Shown piece after piece: positions 50,726 to 63,579 of a DNA stretch of 64,000 nucleotides (the first letter of the stretch is position 1; the number at the start of each line of letters is the position of its first letter). The DNA is from Oculina patagonica (taxonomy: Eukaryota), in contig NC_135761.1 in NCBI RefSeq assembly GCF_052425735.1, positions 29,822,001-29,886,000 on the forward strand, given 5' to 3'. Both the position numbers and the translations under genes were made by a program. A model generated the notes under the pieces. The model was not told where the DNA came from and did not search any database. It saw nothing but the letters and a program-made list of their open reading frames with translations.

Positions 50726-51906
50726 CATGAGTCATGTTGACCATCTTGCTGATGAGAGATTTACTTTGCTTTTCCCAGCTGTACTCCTCTTGGTATGACA
50801 TACGCAATAGTTTAGACTCCTTAAGTCGCTTCACCCTGTCTTTGCCTGAAATATTCTTTATTGATTTGGCCCATTCATTTGCATTATCTGAATCAACCAC
50901 AAATGAAGAACCAAATGGCACTTTACTTAGAGCTTCTCCAAATCCAGAGTTTCCACTAACAAGGATGGGTAGACCAGCTGATAAGGCTTCAAGACCCGTC
51001 AAACCAAATGCCTCCGTTCTCGACGGCATTACTGCAAGATCGACTTCGCAAAGCAACTTTTTTAAACTTTCCCGGCCGCTTTGTAAAAAGCTTCGTACAG
51101 TTAGACATTGAGCAGAGATGCCACACTCGAGCAAACGATTTTTTACCTCGTCTTGCTTTCCATCTGGTGCACCGACGAAAACAAGATGGGTGTCATCTAA
51201 CGTAGCAACAGCTTTGGCTGCAATGTCAAACCCTTTCAATTCAAAATCTTCTTCGTCTCCACGCCCAAAAACAAGGACTTTGAATTTTTTCCTTTCATCA
51301 TCAACCTGCTTGACGTCAGAAAACGCAGCAAAAATTCCAGGAGTAAATTCAAAGACCATTTGATCTTTCTTACACCCGCGAAGATAGGAGCGAAAAGTTT
51401 CACTCAATTTGGGTCCAACTGTTACAACAAAATCAGCCATTTCACAAAGTTCGACCTCAGTTTCATGTTTTTTCAGGGGCTGTATGAACAACCTGAACCC
51501 ATTTACAATTGTGAGACTCCCTTATTACTTGTGCTTGATGCCCGAGCTTCACACCATGACCAACAACTACGTCAATTTGCAAATCATCTGGTGGGAAGCT
51601 CAGCCATTCAAGCTCATCGTAGCCAGGTCGCCTTTTTGCCTTGACAAGATCAATCCGGTGACTAAGAGCAGCTTTTTGGTCTTCGTCGTTGCATTGTGGG
51701 ACAAAAATAGTGACATGTACATCAGGGTCTTTTGCCACGTTTATGGCCAACTCTCTATTTACGGTGGAAAGTCCTCCTTTACTTGATCCCCATTCTGATG
51801 CCAAGAAAGTAACTCTTAATTTTCTTGATGATGATGTGTCAGGACCACTACTCTCTTGATGTTCTTCTACACTGGTCGTAAAAGAACAGCTCGAGGATTC
51901 CGATTC
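50726..51906 (-). pseudogene. GT4 glycosyltransferase exon, copy 2, broken by a 50-bp deletion
   Basis: Split ORFs 51463..51804 and 50691..51491. Copy 1 bases 14163-14212 are missing, giving HTAPEKT-stop. Confidence 0.85.
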
Positions 51907-53072
51907 CTATAAATAAATTATGCAAACTTGTAACACCCAACAACGTTACGGTTTCGTTTGCTAACGGACGTAAACAATTCAAATAACTGTATTACAACTG
52001 AAAAGATCCTGATTGCATAAGCTCTTATCAGAGTATACCTTGCATATGTAACTGTACATGCAATATCTGATTAACATGTGTTCAAGGGTAGAAACACCAA
52101 ACGTCTCATTTACAGTTTTACTACAAAAGACTAGCCTTTTAAATAACTACTTTCTCGAGGACTCTCAGGAGAATTTGACTAAAGAGCGCAAGAAAAGCGT
52201 TAAACTTGCTGATCGTTGCTCAAAGGCGTACCCGAAAGCACCTCTAGCTTTTTTTAAAAAAAATGCTCTCCAGCAATTGACCAAGTACGTCCATAGCTCG
52301 ACAGACGCACAGCTTGAAGTGCAAGCAAGAATCAATTTTATTCGCCAATTTAAACCAAAATTCTCTTGATATGGCTTCGTTTTCACTGTCCGTATGTTGA
52401 TGCTTCGTGGGGCTAGAAAATTTACACTGATAGTAATGTTGGGAAGAGCTTCACTGTCGTTCCTTATTTTTAAAATAACATTGGTTCTTTTTTCTCATTA
52501 GGCGAACAAAATAAATCTGCTTAGTGGTGATAAAGTTTGCATATGGTACACGTCAATTTATGGAGCTCGGGCGTGTGGTTGCGCACTTGCGCTATTAAGG
52601 ATTTACTGGCTGTGTTATAACACTTTTTTGATTCCTTAGTAAACGTCATTATTACACGCCTCTTTCAACTTGAAGGTAGCAATAAAACACTTTCTGTAAT
52701 ACCCGAACTAAGTGACCTAGCGAATTCTTTGTGATTGCATGGGTTGACCCACAGCATCATGAGTCCAATGTTCCATAATTTTAAAAGGTTAACAATACAT
52801 ACCTTTGTTTGCGAGGACATCACTGGAAGCGTGGAATTTGATTTGATCCTTTGCAGGTCATACAGTTACTAAAATGAAAAAATAAAAAATAAAAATAAAA
52901 TAAAAAATATTAAAATACATTTGACAGATAATGCCAATTTGGCCATTGTTACTGTTTTATGAACAAAATTATGATGTTAATATGGTTGAAAAATATATCA
53001 GTTGTTATTTATTAAACTTGATTTTCTATCTAAAATATATTTAAATACAAGAAAGAAAGGAAATATTTTATA

Positions 53073-53541
53073 TTATTATATGGCAACAATAGTACGCGCG
53101 CTCTGATTGGCTGCTGAGCGGGCATTATTTTCTTGTAATGACCGGGCATTATGAAAAACTTTGTCGGCTCGGCGGTTTTTTGAGTTGTGAGTAAAAGCTA
53201 CTAGCGCAATTGCGAGAACGACAATAAATACCGACAAAATGTAACTATCTTTTCAACAACTGAAAGAAAAATATTAGCATACCGATACTTCTTTAGTATG
53301 AGCGACGGAGAGAGCAACAGAAAGCGAGAGCGAGTTTAACCTCGGTGTTTTCTAGATATTTTAGTTTAGAATAGCGCTAAAAGGCCATATAATAAATAAC
53401 TTATTAACCTCGTCCGTTCGGTCATTACAGGGGAATCTCAGACCTCGGCCTTGATGTATTGACCTCGCTGTCGCTCGGTCAATACATCAAGGCCTCGGTC
53501 TGAGATTCCCCTGTAATGACCTCACACTCGGTTAATAAGTA
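53073..53541. mobile_element. Interspersed repeat ending in a long hairpin (related copy at about 1170-1425)
   Basis: Shares atagtacgcgcg..tgattgg and atataataaata..ttattaacctcgt with 1179-1377; hairpin at 53399-53540. Confidence 0.6.
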
Positions 53542-55111
53542 GTATGTATAATTTTTGATAATTTTAAATATCAGGAAAAATGTGTGGTAGTCTTGATCGA
53601 ACAGAAAGCAAGATATCACCATTTCTAATATGTTTCGTTGTATGAAAAATATCAAACAGCTCCTGTTTTAATAAAGTGTAACGTGTTACAATATTCTTCC
53701 TTTAACTTTTTTTTCTTTTACGTTGCCCTTTAATGCTTTGCATGTCACTTCCGTTGCACGAATTTTTTTTAGGCATAACCGCTTGCAGGAATTTTTTTAG
53801 ACAAGTTTCCCTTGCAGGAATTTTTTTTGGTAAAAGTCACCCCCCTACAGTTATATCTAATGATCCGTCCCTAAAGCTGTGGAGCATGTTTAGGAAAAAA
53901 AACAGTCCTTGAAAACATTGATTCTTAATACCTTTCTTTCAAGGACATCTGACACTGGACATTTTGGTCCGATAAGACTCCCTCGCGTGTCGAACAGTCA
54001 CTAAAATGATAAACACAATTAATTTCAAGCTATATGTGAGGAGTTTTGAGTAACCTGAAATTGCCTTCTACTCAGATTCTACCTGTTTAATACCATGCTG
54101 AATGAAGTTTTATTTAACATGCATTTTAAATTGTGCAAATCGTAGGCTTTGCTCGGTAATTCATGAATTCAATCAGTTGTCCATTTTGTACTGAAATGAT
54201 GCGAGTTTTAATTGTTATTTGAGCTATCATCGTTTTTCACCGCACATGTGAGCCCCTCTATGGGTATTTCCAAAGAAATCGAAATCGGGACGATAACTGC
54301 GGAAAAACGAAGATTTCTATTGAAGCGAAGATTTCAGCTTCGGGCTCGTGGGGTCGTATAAAAGTAAACTTATAAAGAAAATAAAGGACATCAAAAACTG
54401 AACAAACAGAACAACGTCGGCAAAACTTTCCTTGTTAATATACTGTTTCAGCAACTATCTGCTTTTCATTAATTTAAACAGTCATTTAAGCAATTTGTTG
54501 CTGAAGTGAGACATTTATTCGGCTGTGAATTACACTGACTACAATGCCACGCAGTTTCAATCCATAAAACAAAAACTCTGCTTTTAAATATAAGTCTGCG
54601 TGTACCAAGATAGGAAGGCTCACATGTAGCTTTTGATGGGCGCCAGAAAATGTACCTAACTGACTGTGAGTAAAGAAATTGAGTCTGCAGGAAATTTGTG
54701 CATGAAATATATTCCTTGATATAATTATTGGAAAGCGCGGTTATTCTACTAGCGAGACTAGATGGATGTCAACACGAACAAAGCAACGATTAGCTACTCA
54801 CATTATTCAAGAGAAATGTCGCCGATAATTCCAAAAGAAACATCGCTTCCGTTATTCCCGAAAACCAGGGCCATTATTCCATTATATTTCACCTCGAAAT
54901 TTTTTGTTATTCTTGTTTCATTTAATGGGATTCTTCTTCTTCAGTCCCCGTAGCTACGATAATAGAAACTTCTAAAACCTTACCTACACCATCTTTTAGA
55001 TTATTAACTTTCATGAACCTTAATGAATAATAAATCCAGTTGGTAAGTCGCCCTTAGCCAACCAATCCGAATCGAAAAACAGTAAGGTTTGTTACTAACC
55101 AACCTTACGTA

Positions 55112-55703
55112 CAGTCAACTCTCGTTATAGCGGACACGCTCGGGACTTCGTTTAGTGTCCGTAATAGCGAGAGTCCGTAATAGCGGGGTGTGAGGAAAAA
55201 ATGGCGTTAACATAGGTTAAATAGTAATAAGCTATGACAAGCTTATCAACAGTCGTGAAAAGACTCAGTAGTCGTTAGGTATGGAGAATGGCAATGGTCG
55301 AGGGTTTGAGGGTTTGATCTCTCAAAAGGAGTCGTCTGAAAGAAAAGGGCGCAAGCTGAAGTGAAAAAGCAAAGTCTGGTGTACAGCTACTGAAGCAATT
55401 GATGCGAAAATAATTATTGCAGAAGACTTCTGAAGTATGTTTCGACAAATAGTATTTAACACACTGCAATTTTCTGCAATAATGTTATGTGAGAAGTTCA
55501 TGGTGTCCGCTTTATCGAGAGTCAAAACAATAAAATTGTTCTTTTGGTACCACGAAAGTGTCCGTAATTCCGTAATAGCGAGAGTCCGTAATAGCGGGAG
55601 TCATTTCTAGTCAAACCTCTATAACTTTCGCCGGGGATCTGAATTTTGTCCGTAATATCGAGCGTCCATAATAGCGGGGTGTCCGCAAGGCGCGAGTTGA
55701 CTG
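55112..55703. mobile_element. Tc1/mariner (pogo/Tigger-like) MITE, TA TSD
   Basis: TA|cagtcaactc ... gagttgactg|TA; internal tccgtaatagcg repeats; absent from the paralogous region near 17200. Confidence 0.85.
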
Positions 55704-57030
55704 TACATGTATTTGTATTTCCTGAATAAATAATACATAGTTTTAACTGCGACAGACGAGAAAAAGAACCTCACAAAATGAGGAATATCGACAGGCCAAC
55801 TAAAGGTTCTGTAAGCCTGTGCAGAAAATCGTCGACACTAGTCGAAGGAACTTCTTAATGGTCCTTAATATGCAATATAATGCCGAATATCAAGAGTTGT
55901 ATCTTGTATACAGCTGAACCCAGTAAAGAGCTTGCAGTTTACCCGGAACCCCTAGCACCTCTTTTGCCGCCGACGTTCGTACAGGAATCGAGAAGTATCT
56001 TGTCTAAATACCCGGTGCATTAACTTTCAAGGATACAAAATCAATAGTCAAACCTGTATTTTGACGAGCAGACTTGTAGACCTTGGATCGAACCTTCTTC
56101 GATAAGATCAGACTGTCAGCGATTCACAAGTGAAAGAGGAACTTAATTTGCATACTCATCAGTATGCTGCTTGAAAGACGTCAACACGAAAGGGGAAGAT
56201 AAATAAGGAGACGCATGAATGCGTACATCAGACTTTGAAGTAGAACTGTAGATCTTTTTTTTGTACAATAAACACTGACGAAATAATATGCTACTGGTCT
56301 ACGATCTTCGCTCGTCTGGTTGGCTTGCGCACTCTCTCAGTGTTTATCATAGCTTCTCATGCATCAATGGCGCGAGCATGAGTAAAATAGGAAAAGCAAA
56401 CCTTTGATATGTCCATAGTTAGATATGTCGGATAATCTTCTCTCATAAGGCCTGTCCAGAGTAAAAGGAAACGTCTTCAGGTTAAATAAAGTAAATCCCT
56501 TGGCGAAGAAACGGGCTGTGGCCCCAACAACGATTGAACAACAAAGCCTGCGTGAGGAATGTGATACTATCTAGAGGGATTTTGAGTTTGACCTTTCACT
56601 TTCAATTTCCTGTTATTCTAATTCTATACGTGTAGCTGACGAAAATTTGTATCAAAACACAGTGAAGCTAAAGAGACTGGAATGTACGCGCTATGTGAAT
56701 AAAAAGGCAATGGAAAATGATTTACTGCCCCAGAAACTTCCATTATATTCGATTCTTTTTCTGAGGCATTCCAAGGATTCCATAGGCAAAGACGGCGAGA
56801 GACTGGTAAAGAAAATAACTTAGTTGAAGGAGCAGCTACTGCTCTGGTAACTAGAATGGGTCCAATTTCAAAATGGCGGACAAATGACGGTAATTTGAGA
56901 TTTGAGGAGAAAAGATGTCCATAAAACAAGATGGTTTATCGCAATTGTTGTCATCTTACGCATCCGATGAGTCTGATAACTCAAGCAGTGATAAAGAAGA
57001 CTTGGTTGAAAAAGAAAAGAAAACAATTAA

Positions 57031-60000
57031 GAGGCTCCGACGGAGAATATGGAGAATCGTTGGACAGGCTGGGAAAATCGAAAATCTTGAAACTTTGCCT
57101 GAAGAACACCTTTGGGGAACTATCTTCGAAAATATTATTCTCATCTTCTGGGAATTTTTGGTTTTCGAGAAAGTAAGAAAAAACGAAAATAACGGTTTTT
57201 AGCTCATTAAATATGCAAAAAATATACGTAAAAATGGCAAAGTTCTCGATATTCCTATAAGAGCAATTTTCAATGCTTTGAATCGAAATAAACGTAGAAT
57301 AATAGCTTTATCTTTCTTCTTTCAAGCAACATACACTTTTAATTTTTTCTAGCTATTTTAAGATTTTCATGGCCTTTTAAAATATTGCTCTATCTATTAA
57401 TTCTGGGAATCGGCGTAACCTACTGATTAAGGACATGTTTCACGGGGCTATTTTCCTTAAAACTTGTAACGCAACGATGATGACTAAAATCATTGCAATT
57501 TGACGAAGGAGAGTCACACGTCCGCAATTTTTATTTGTAACTTGCAACGCCGGCAGCCGCTAGAAATTACCATTCTGCGAACGAAGTGACACGTGAGCTC
57601 GAGCGAAGGACGAGCGATCTCCCTCTGATTGGCTCATTTTAATAAAATTACGTTGGAATGTCACATGCACATGTCTCGCAATCTTTTCTTGTATTCAGTT
57701 AATTCTGGACATCAATGCAACCTACAGATTATTCACTGACCTGTTAGAAGATTAGTGAATAATCTGTATGTTGCGTCGATTCCCAGAATTATAATTTACT
57801 CTAGGCTCTTAGCGAATGAGAAGTCAGTGACTACAGTTAAACTAATTATCCAAAGCGACTATATATATGTCACGGATTTTACCAGATTTTTGAACAGCCC
57901 TAAATTAAAATTTGTGTCGCAGGAAACCTAAAAATAATAGTCCATTTTATATATAAGAGCATTGAAGCTGTTAAGCTGTTTACGCGCATCTTTGGCTGCG
58001 GATGGCTCGGATGAAAACGTACGGATTGCAACTTAAACTTGCTGGAACAAGCATGCCCGTTTCTTTAAACACAAACCAAGATTTCTTTGCTATCTATTCC
58101 TCGGTCACCCCGGGTAAAGGAGGACTTGTGACCCGCAACTTCAGTTGGTACAGAACATTTTGTCTTCCCAGTTCGCCAGCGAATACCGAGCGTATTTCTG
58201 TGCTTTGGGCAAATCGTCATGTATTCTTGGCATTCTTGCCCTACGAAAATCCCCAGATGTATCGGATAGGTCAGCTTGTATCAATTCACAGTTTAGTTAT
58301 ACAGTAGTGTGATTCCAAGAAAAAAATATTCATTTAACCTTACCTGCACGGGTAAGCAACAATTTTTTTTCGTTATCAATGCTGTCCGTATTGGTCAAGA
58401 TGTTACAATACTTTAAATGTGCTTTGACATCACGGTCACAGTCTTGTGTGGGCTTGGGCCACAAGCCCCACCAACAAGAGAGGCAAAACTGCAAAGGGAC
58501 ATTATAGTTTTGAATTTTAGCCGAGAAAGTTCTTGCTTTCATGTTAAATGTCCTGTCGCTGTGTACGTGTTCGGTTTCTCAAAGGAAAGTTTAATTTAAT
58601 TTTGTGATCTGACGGAATGAATGGATTTTGCACGATCAAAGACTTTCTTTATAGTTATTGTAAAACAAGATAGGGAACTTTTGGCAACGGCGATATATGT
58701 ACATGACAGTTTTAATATTTGTGTACATTTATGTACACTAAAAAGTACATTGTGTCTAGATACCCGGCAGCCGGGAAGTGTTTTCAAAATACTACATACC
58801 CGGCAGTCTGAAATTATTCTAGAATTTCCACGGAAAAACCAATCCAATCCTCCTCAAAACTATAGATCTTTGCTTAGAAATGCCAAGCGATTTCAATTAT
58901 AGTTTTGGCTTTGTGTTTGATGAAATTTTCGAGCTTGGGCATACTACAAAATCTTGATTCTTCGACACTTAGAAAAAATTCGTACTCTGACGCCGGTGTC
59001 AACTCTTATAGAATAATTTCTACAAAAACTGAAGTTGAAACCCTGCGAGAGTATTCGATATTTGCTGAGAAATGCGAAGCGATTCTAAATAATGTTTTGC
59101 TTTTGTTGTGGACGAATTCTCTTGGCTTCGGCGTACTATAAAATCCTCGACTCACGGGCACGGTTGTTCAAAAGACTAGATACCCGGCAGTCAAAAATTC
59201 ATGAATAATCAATACATTCAATATCCACAAAAATGATGGTGCCCCGGAAAATTCACGGTTCCGCGAACGTAACGTGTATTTTACCTACCTATAGAACCCC
59301 GAAAGTACCGGCGCTTTGAAAAAGTCCTAAAAAGGGATACCCTTATTAGTTACTAGGTCCAGTAGGACCCAGACCTAGATCAACAGAACCTCAACGCTAT
59401 TAGGCACACGTTGCGAACTGATCTGAGAGTGGTCTCCTCACTGAGGGGACAAATCCACTGAATTTGAAAAAATCTACTTGAGTGACTATATATAGAGGAA
59501 CGCTTTGTATTTCTATTTAACCGAGAGCTTCGTCGCTTCCAACGCTAAGCCGTTTAGCCCACAGAAGAACTTCGTCGCTTCCAACACTGAGTTCGTTTTG
59601 GCGCGAAAACCAAAACCACGTGCCACCTTTGTCACGCCACTTAAGTGTCACACCGGAAGTTACATCGGTGGCGGACTTTCGTCACCGAACGCTCAAACGT
59701 TTTGTAGCTATTTTGTACTACTTTGCCGAGGCAATTGTTGAGGCCTTAAGTTGGAAAATCGCTTGGTATTTCTACACCGACATCTCAGCAGGTTCAAATG
59801 GAAATTTTGATGGAAAAACGGGAAGCATTTTTGACTGCCGGGTATGTAGTCTTTGAAAAATCGTGCCCGTGAGTCACATAAAGTTCGTACAATTTGTGCA
59901 AAACCAAACTGACATTGTAAAAACTCGCTTGGTATTTCCGACCAAAAATTGAAATACTGAAATACTCTCGGAAGCTAGGTTTCAATGATCATTTTTGTGG

Positions 60001-61466
60001 ATATTGAATGTATTGATTATTCATGAATTTTTGACTGCCGGGTATCTAGTCTTTTGAACAACCGTGCCCGTGAGTCGAGGATTTTATAGCCGAAGCCAAG
60101 AGAATTCGTCCACAACAAAAGCAAAACATTATTTAGAATCGCTTCGCATTTCTCAGCAAATATCGAATACTCTCGCAGGGTTTCAACTTCAGTTTTTGTA
60201 GAAATTATTCTATAAGAGTTGACACCGGAGTCAGAGTACGAATTTTTTCTAAGTGTCGAAGAATCAAGATTTTGTAGTATGCCCAAGCTCGAAAATTTTC
60301 TCAAACACAAAGCCAAAACTATAATTGAAATCGCTTGGCATTTCTAAGCAAAGATCTATAGTTTTGAGGAGGATTGGATTGGTTTTTCCGTGGAAATTCT
60401 AGAATAATTTCAGACTGCCGGGTATGTAGTATTTTGAAAACACTTCCCGGCTGCCGGGTATCTAGACACAATGTAAAAAGTAAACTTCCAAGTTAATTAA
60501 TAATTCCTTACTACATGCATGCGTTCTATTTTTGACTTAAGTAACGTGAGTAAATAAAATATTTATATCATTCCCAATTTCAGGTAAGTGAATGAAATGA
60601 TCTAACTGTTTACTTCTTAAATTTTGAAGTGCCAGAATCTAAACAAACTAATAATCTTTCCTCCGATCTTTGACAAAAAATTTCAGAACATGCACGTGAC
60701 ACAGGTCACGCAATGAGGAACTCAGTCGATAATTTTTACTATTTTCTTCTTTCTGAACCCCTATATAACCTAAGTATAGGCATAAGACGAAAAAAAAATA
60801 AAAGCGAGTTTAAACTTGCTTTATTTTGTGCAAATCATTTCTTCCAAATGGAAATAAAGCGAAGCAGATCTCTTAGCGGGGGACGTCTTTCAAAATAAGA
60901 ATATGCAAATTACGCACGAATACGTCGTGAACTTTCGTTTCTTATCGGTGTGAATCTCGAGTACCCAGATTTTTTATTTGATATTATAATAGTAGAGACA
61001 TAGAGCTTTTGCACAGTGTTTAGTTTGACTCGCTATCGGACATATCAAGGTGCTTTTTCGGCCTCTAAAGTTTCTCAATTTTTGCCGTTTCCCGAAGTGC
61101 TTGATAGAGCAATATTTTAAAAGGCGATGAAAATCTTAAGATAGCTAGAAAAAATTAAAAGTGCCTGTTGCTTGAAAGAAGAAAAATAAAGCTATTATTC
61201 TACGTTTATTTCGATTCAAAGCATTGAAAATTGCTCTTATAGGAATATCGAGAACTTTGCCATTTTTACGTATATTTTTTGCATATTTAATGAGCTAAAA
61301 ACCGTTATTTTCGTTTTTTCTTAATTTCTCGAAAACCATAAATTCCCAGAAGATGAGAATAATATTTTCGAACATAGTTCCCCAAAGGTGTCCTTCGGGC
61401 AAAGTTTCAAGATTTTCGATTTTCCCAGCCTGTCCAACGATTCTCCATATTCTCCGTCGGAGCCTC
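57031..61466. mobile_element. Kolobok-like non-autonomous DNA transposon, 4436 bp, about 364-bp TIRs, TTAA TSD
   Basis: ttaa|gaggctccgacggagaatatgg ... ccatattctccgtcggagcctc|ttaa; TIRs 57031-57394 and 61103-61466. Purine-purine termini with TTAA fit Kolobok rather than piggyBac. No transposase ORF. Confidence 0.88.
58748..60473 (+). mobile_element. 1726-bp non-autonomous element with about 490-bp TIRs and a 9-bp TSD (Mutator/foldback-like), nested in the Kolobok-like element
   Basis: Termini cattgtgtctagatacccggcag. TSD taaaaagta at 58739-58747 and 60474-60482. TIRs 58748-59237 and 59988-60473. Confidence 0.9.
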
Positions 61467-61853
61467 TTAAATCCTTAGGGAAAGGAAATTCGCACGAAGC
61501 TTGCGATAGTTGTGGGGACTGCAGTGAGAAAGATAGCAAGACGGAAAGGTAAGCTTATGAAGTTTATAAAGCTCTTCTAAGTGCAATACTCCGACACATT
61601 TTGAAGCTGTAGTTGGTCAGTATAAACTGTAGGCCTCAACTGCATACTCGGTATTAAGGGCGATTTCATTTCATATCCCCCCCCCTTCCTTAATGAGGTA
61701 AGTCGTCCCCCCCGAATTTTCGAAACCCCTTCAGAAAAAACTTCAGAAAAAAGCCAACTTTTCCCTAACCCCTTCAGAAATGTTCGAAAGATCAAAAAAT
61801 GCCAACAGGGCTACCCCCTCAGAAATGACTATCAAAATGGGGTATAAAATGAA

Positions 61854-63579
61854 CATTGTGTCTAGATACCCGGCAGCCGGGAAGTGTTTTCAAAATACTA
61901 CATACCCGGCAGTCTGAAATTATTCTAGAATTTCCACGGAAAAACCAATCCAATCCTCCTCAAAACTATAGATCTTTGCTTAGAAATGCCAAGCGATTTC
62001 AATTATAGTTTTGGCTTTGTGTTTGAGAAAATTTTCGAGCTTGGGCATACTACAAAATCTTGATTCTTCGACACTTAGAAAAAATTCGTACTCTGACTCC
62101 GGTGTCAACTCTTATAGAATAATTTCTACAAAAACTGAAGTTGAAACCCTGCGAGAGTATTCGATATTTGCTGAGAAATGCGAAGCGATTCTAAATAATG
62201 TTTTGCTTTTGTTGTGGACGAATTCTCTTGGCTTCGGCTATAAAATCCTCGACTCACGGGCACGGTTGTTCAAAAGACTAGATACCCGGCAGTCAAAAAT
62301 TCATGAATAATCAATACATTCAATATCCACAAAAATGATCATTGAAACCTAGCTTCCGAGAGTATTTCAGTATTTCAATTTTTGGTCGGAAATACCAAGC
62401 GAGTTTTTACAATGTCAGTTTGGTTTTGCACAAATTGTACGAACTTTATGTGACTCACGGGCACGATTTTTCAAAGACTACATACCCGGCAGTCAAAAAT
62501 GCTTCCCGTTTTTCCATCAAAATTTCCATTTGAACCTGCTGAGATGTCGGTGTAGAAATACCAAGCGATTTTCCAACTTAAGGCCTCAACAATTGCCTCG
62601 GCAAAGTAGTACAAAATAGCTACAAAACGTTTGAGCGTTCGGTGACGAAAGTCCGCCACCGATGTAACTTCCGGTGTGACACTTAAGTGGCGTGACAAAG
62701 GTGGCACGTGGTTTTGGTTTTCGCGCCAAAACGAACTCAGTGTTGGAAGCGACGAAGTTCTTCTGTGGGCTAAACGGCTTAGCGTTGGAAGCGACGAAGC
62801 TCTCGGTTAAATAGAAATACAAAGCGTTCCTCTATATATAGTCACTCAAGTAGATTTTTTCAAATTCAGTGGATTTGTCCCCTCAGTGAGGAGACCACTC
62901 TCAGATCAGTTCGCAACGTGTGCCTAATAGCGTTGAGGTTCTGTTGATCTAGGTCTGGGTCCTACTGGACCTAGTAACTAATAAGGGTATCCCTTTTTAG
63001 GACTTTTTCAAAGCGCCGGTACTTTCGGGGTTCTATAGGTAGGTAAAATACACGTTACGTTCGCGGAACCGTGAATTTTCCGGGGCACCATCATTTTTGT
63101 GGATATTGAATGTATTGATTATTCATGAATTTTTGACTGCCGGGTATCTAGTCTTTTGAACAACCGTGCCCGTGAGTCGAGGATTTTATAGTACGCCGAA
63201 GCCAAGAGAATTCGTCCACAACAAAAGCAAAACATTATTTAGAATCGCTTCGCATTTCTCAGCAAATATCGAATACTCTCGCAGGGTTTCAACTTCAGTT
63301 TTTGTAGAAATTATTCTATAAGAGTTGACACCGGCGTCAGAGTACGAATTTTTTCTAAGTGTCGAAGAATCAAGATTTTGTAGTATGCCCAAGCTCGAAA
63401 ATTTCATCAAACACAAAGCCAAAACTATAATTGAAATCGCTTGGCATTTCTAAGCAAAGATCTATAGTTTTGAGGAGGATTGGATTGGTTTTTCCGTGGA
63501 AATTCTAGAATAATTTCAGACTGCCGGGTATGTAGTATTTTGAAAACACTTCCCGGCTGCCGGGTATCTAGACACAATG
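61854..63579 (-). mobile_element. Second, inverted copy of the 1726-bp 9-bp-TSD element, in intron 1 of the USB1 duplicate
   Basis: TSD taaaatgaa at 61845-61853 and 63580-63588. Reverse complement of 58748-60473 including TIR-specific variants. Empty site in copy 1 near 18920-18935. Confidence 0.9.

Larger units (their letters stand above)
32593..52820 (-). pseudogene. NLR-like GT4-TRADD-N x2-octapeptide-LRR gene, copy 2, frameshifted in the GT4 exon
   Basis: Exons 52820-52803, 51906-50726 (GT4, 50-bp deletion near 51472), 49987-49907, 48539-48105, 46715-46602, 46133-45732, 45430-44777, 41079-39690, 39065-38974, 38479-38427 (or 35361-35315), 34281-34213, 32667-32593 (stop). AATAAA on the minus strand at 32405-32410. 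All exons after the lesion remain open and phase-compatible. Confidence 0.72.
56915..61548 (+). pseudogene. USB1: USB1 duplicate, exon 1 interrupted by a transposon (intron 1 continues to the window end)
   Basis: 56915-57030 matches 18375-18490 and 61467-61548 matches the rest of exon 1 including the AG|gtaag donor. 61549-64000 (minus an insertion) matches intron 1 of copy 1. Confidence 0.88.

Noticed and set aside
58905-63422. Four near-identical short ORFs (MALCL...) suggesting a gene family
   Set aside because: They are translations of the four TIR copies of a non-autonomous transposon.
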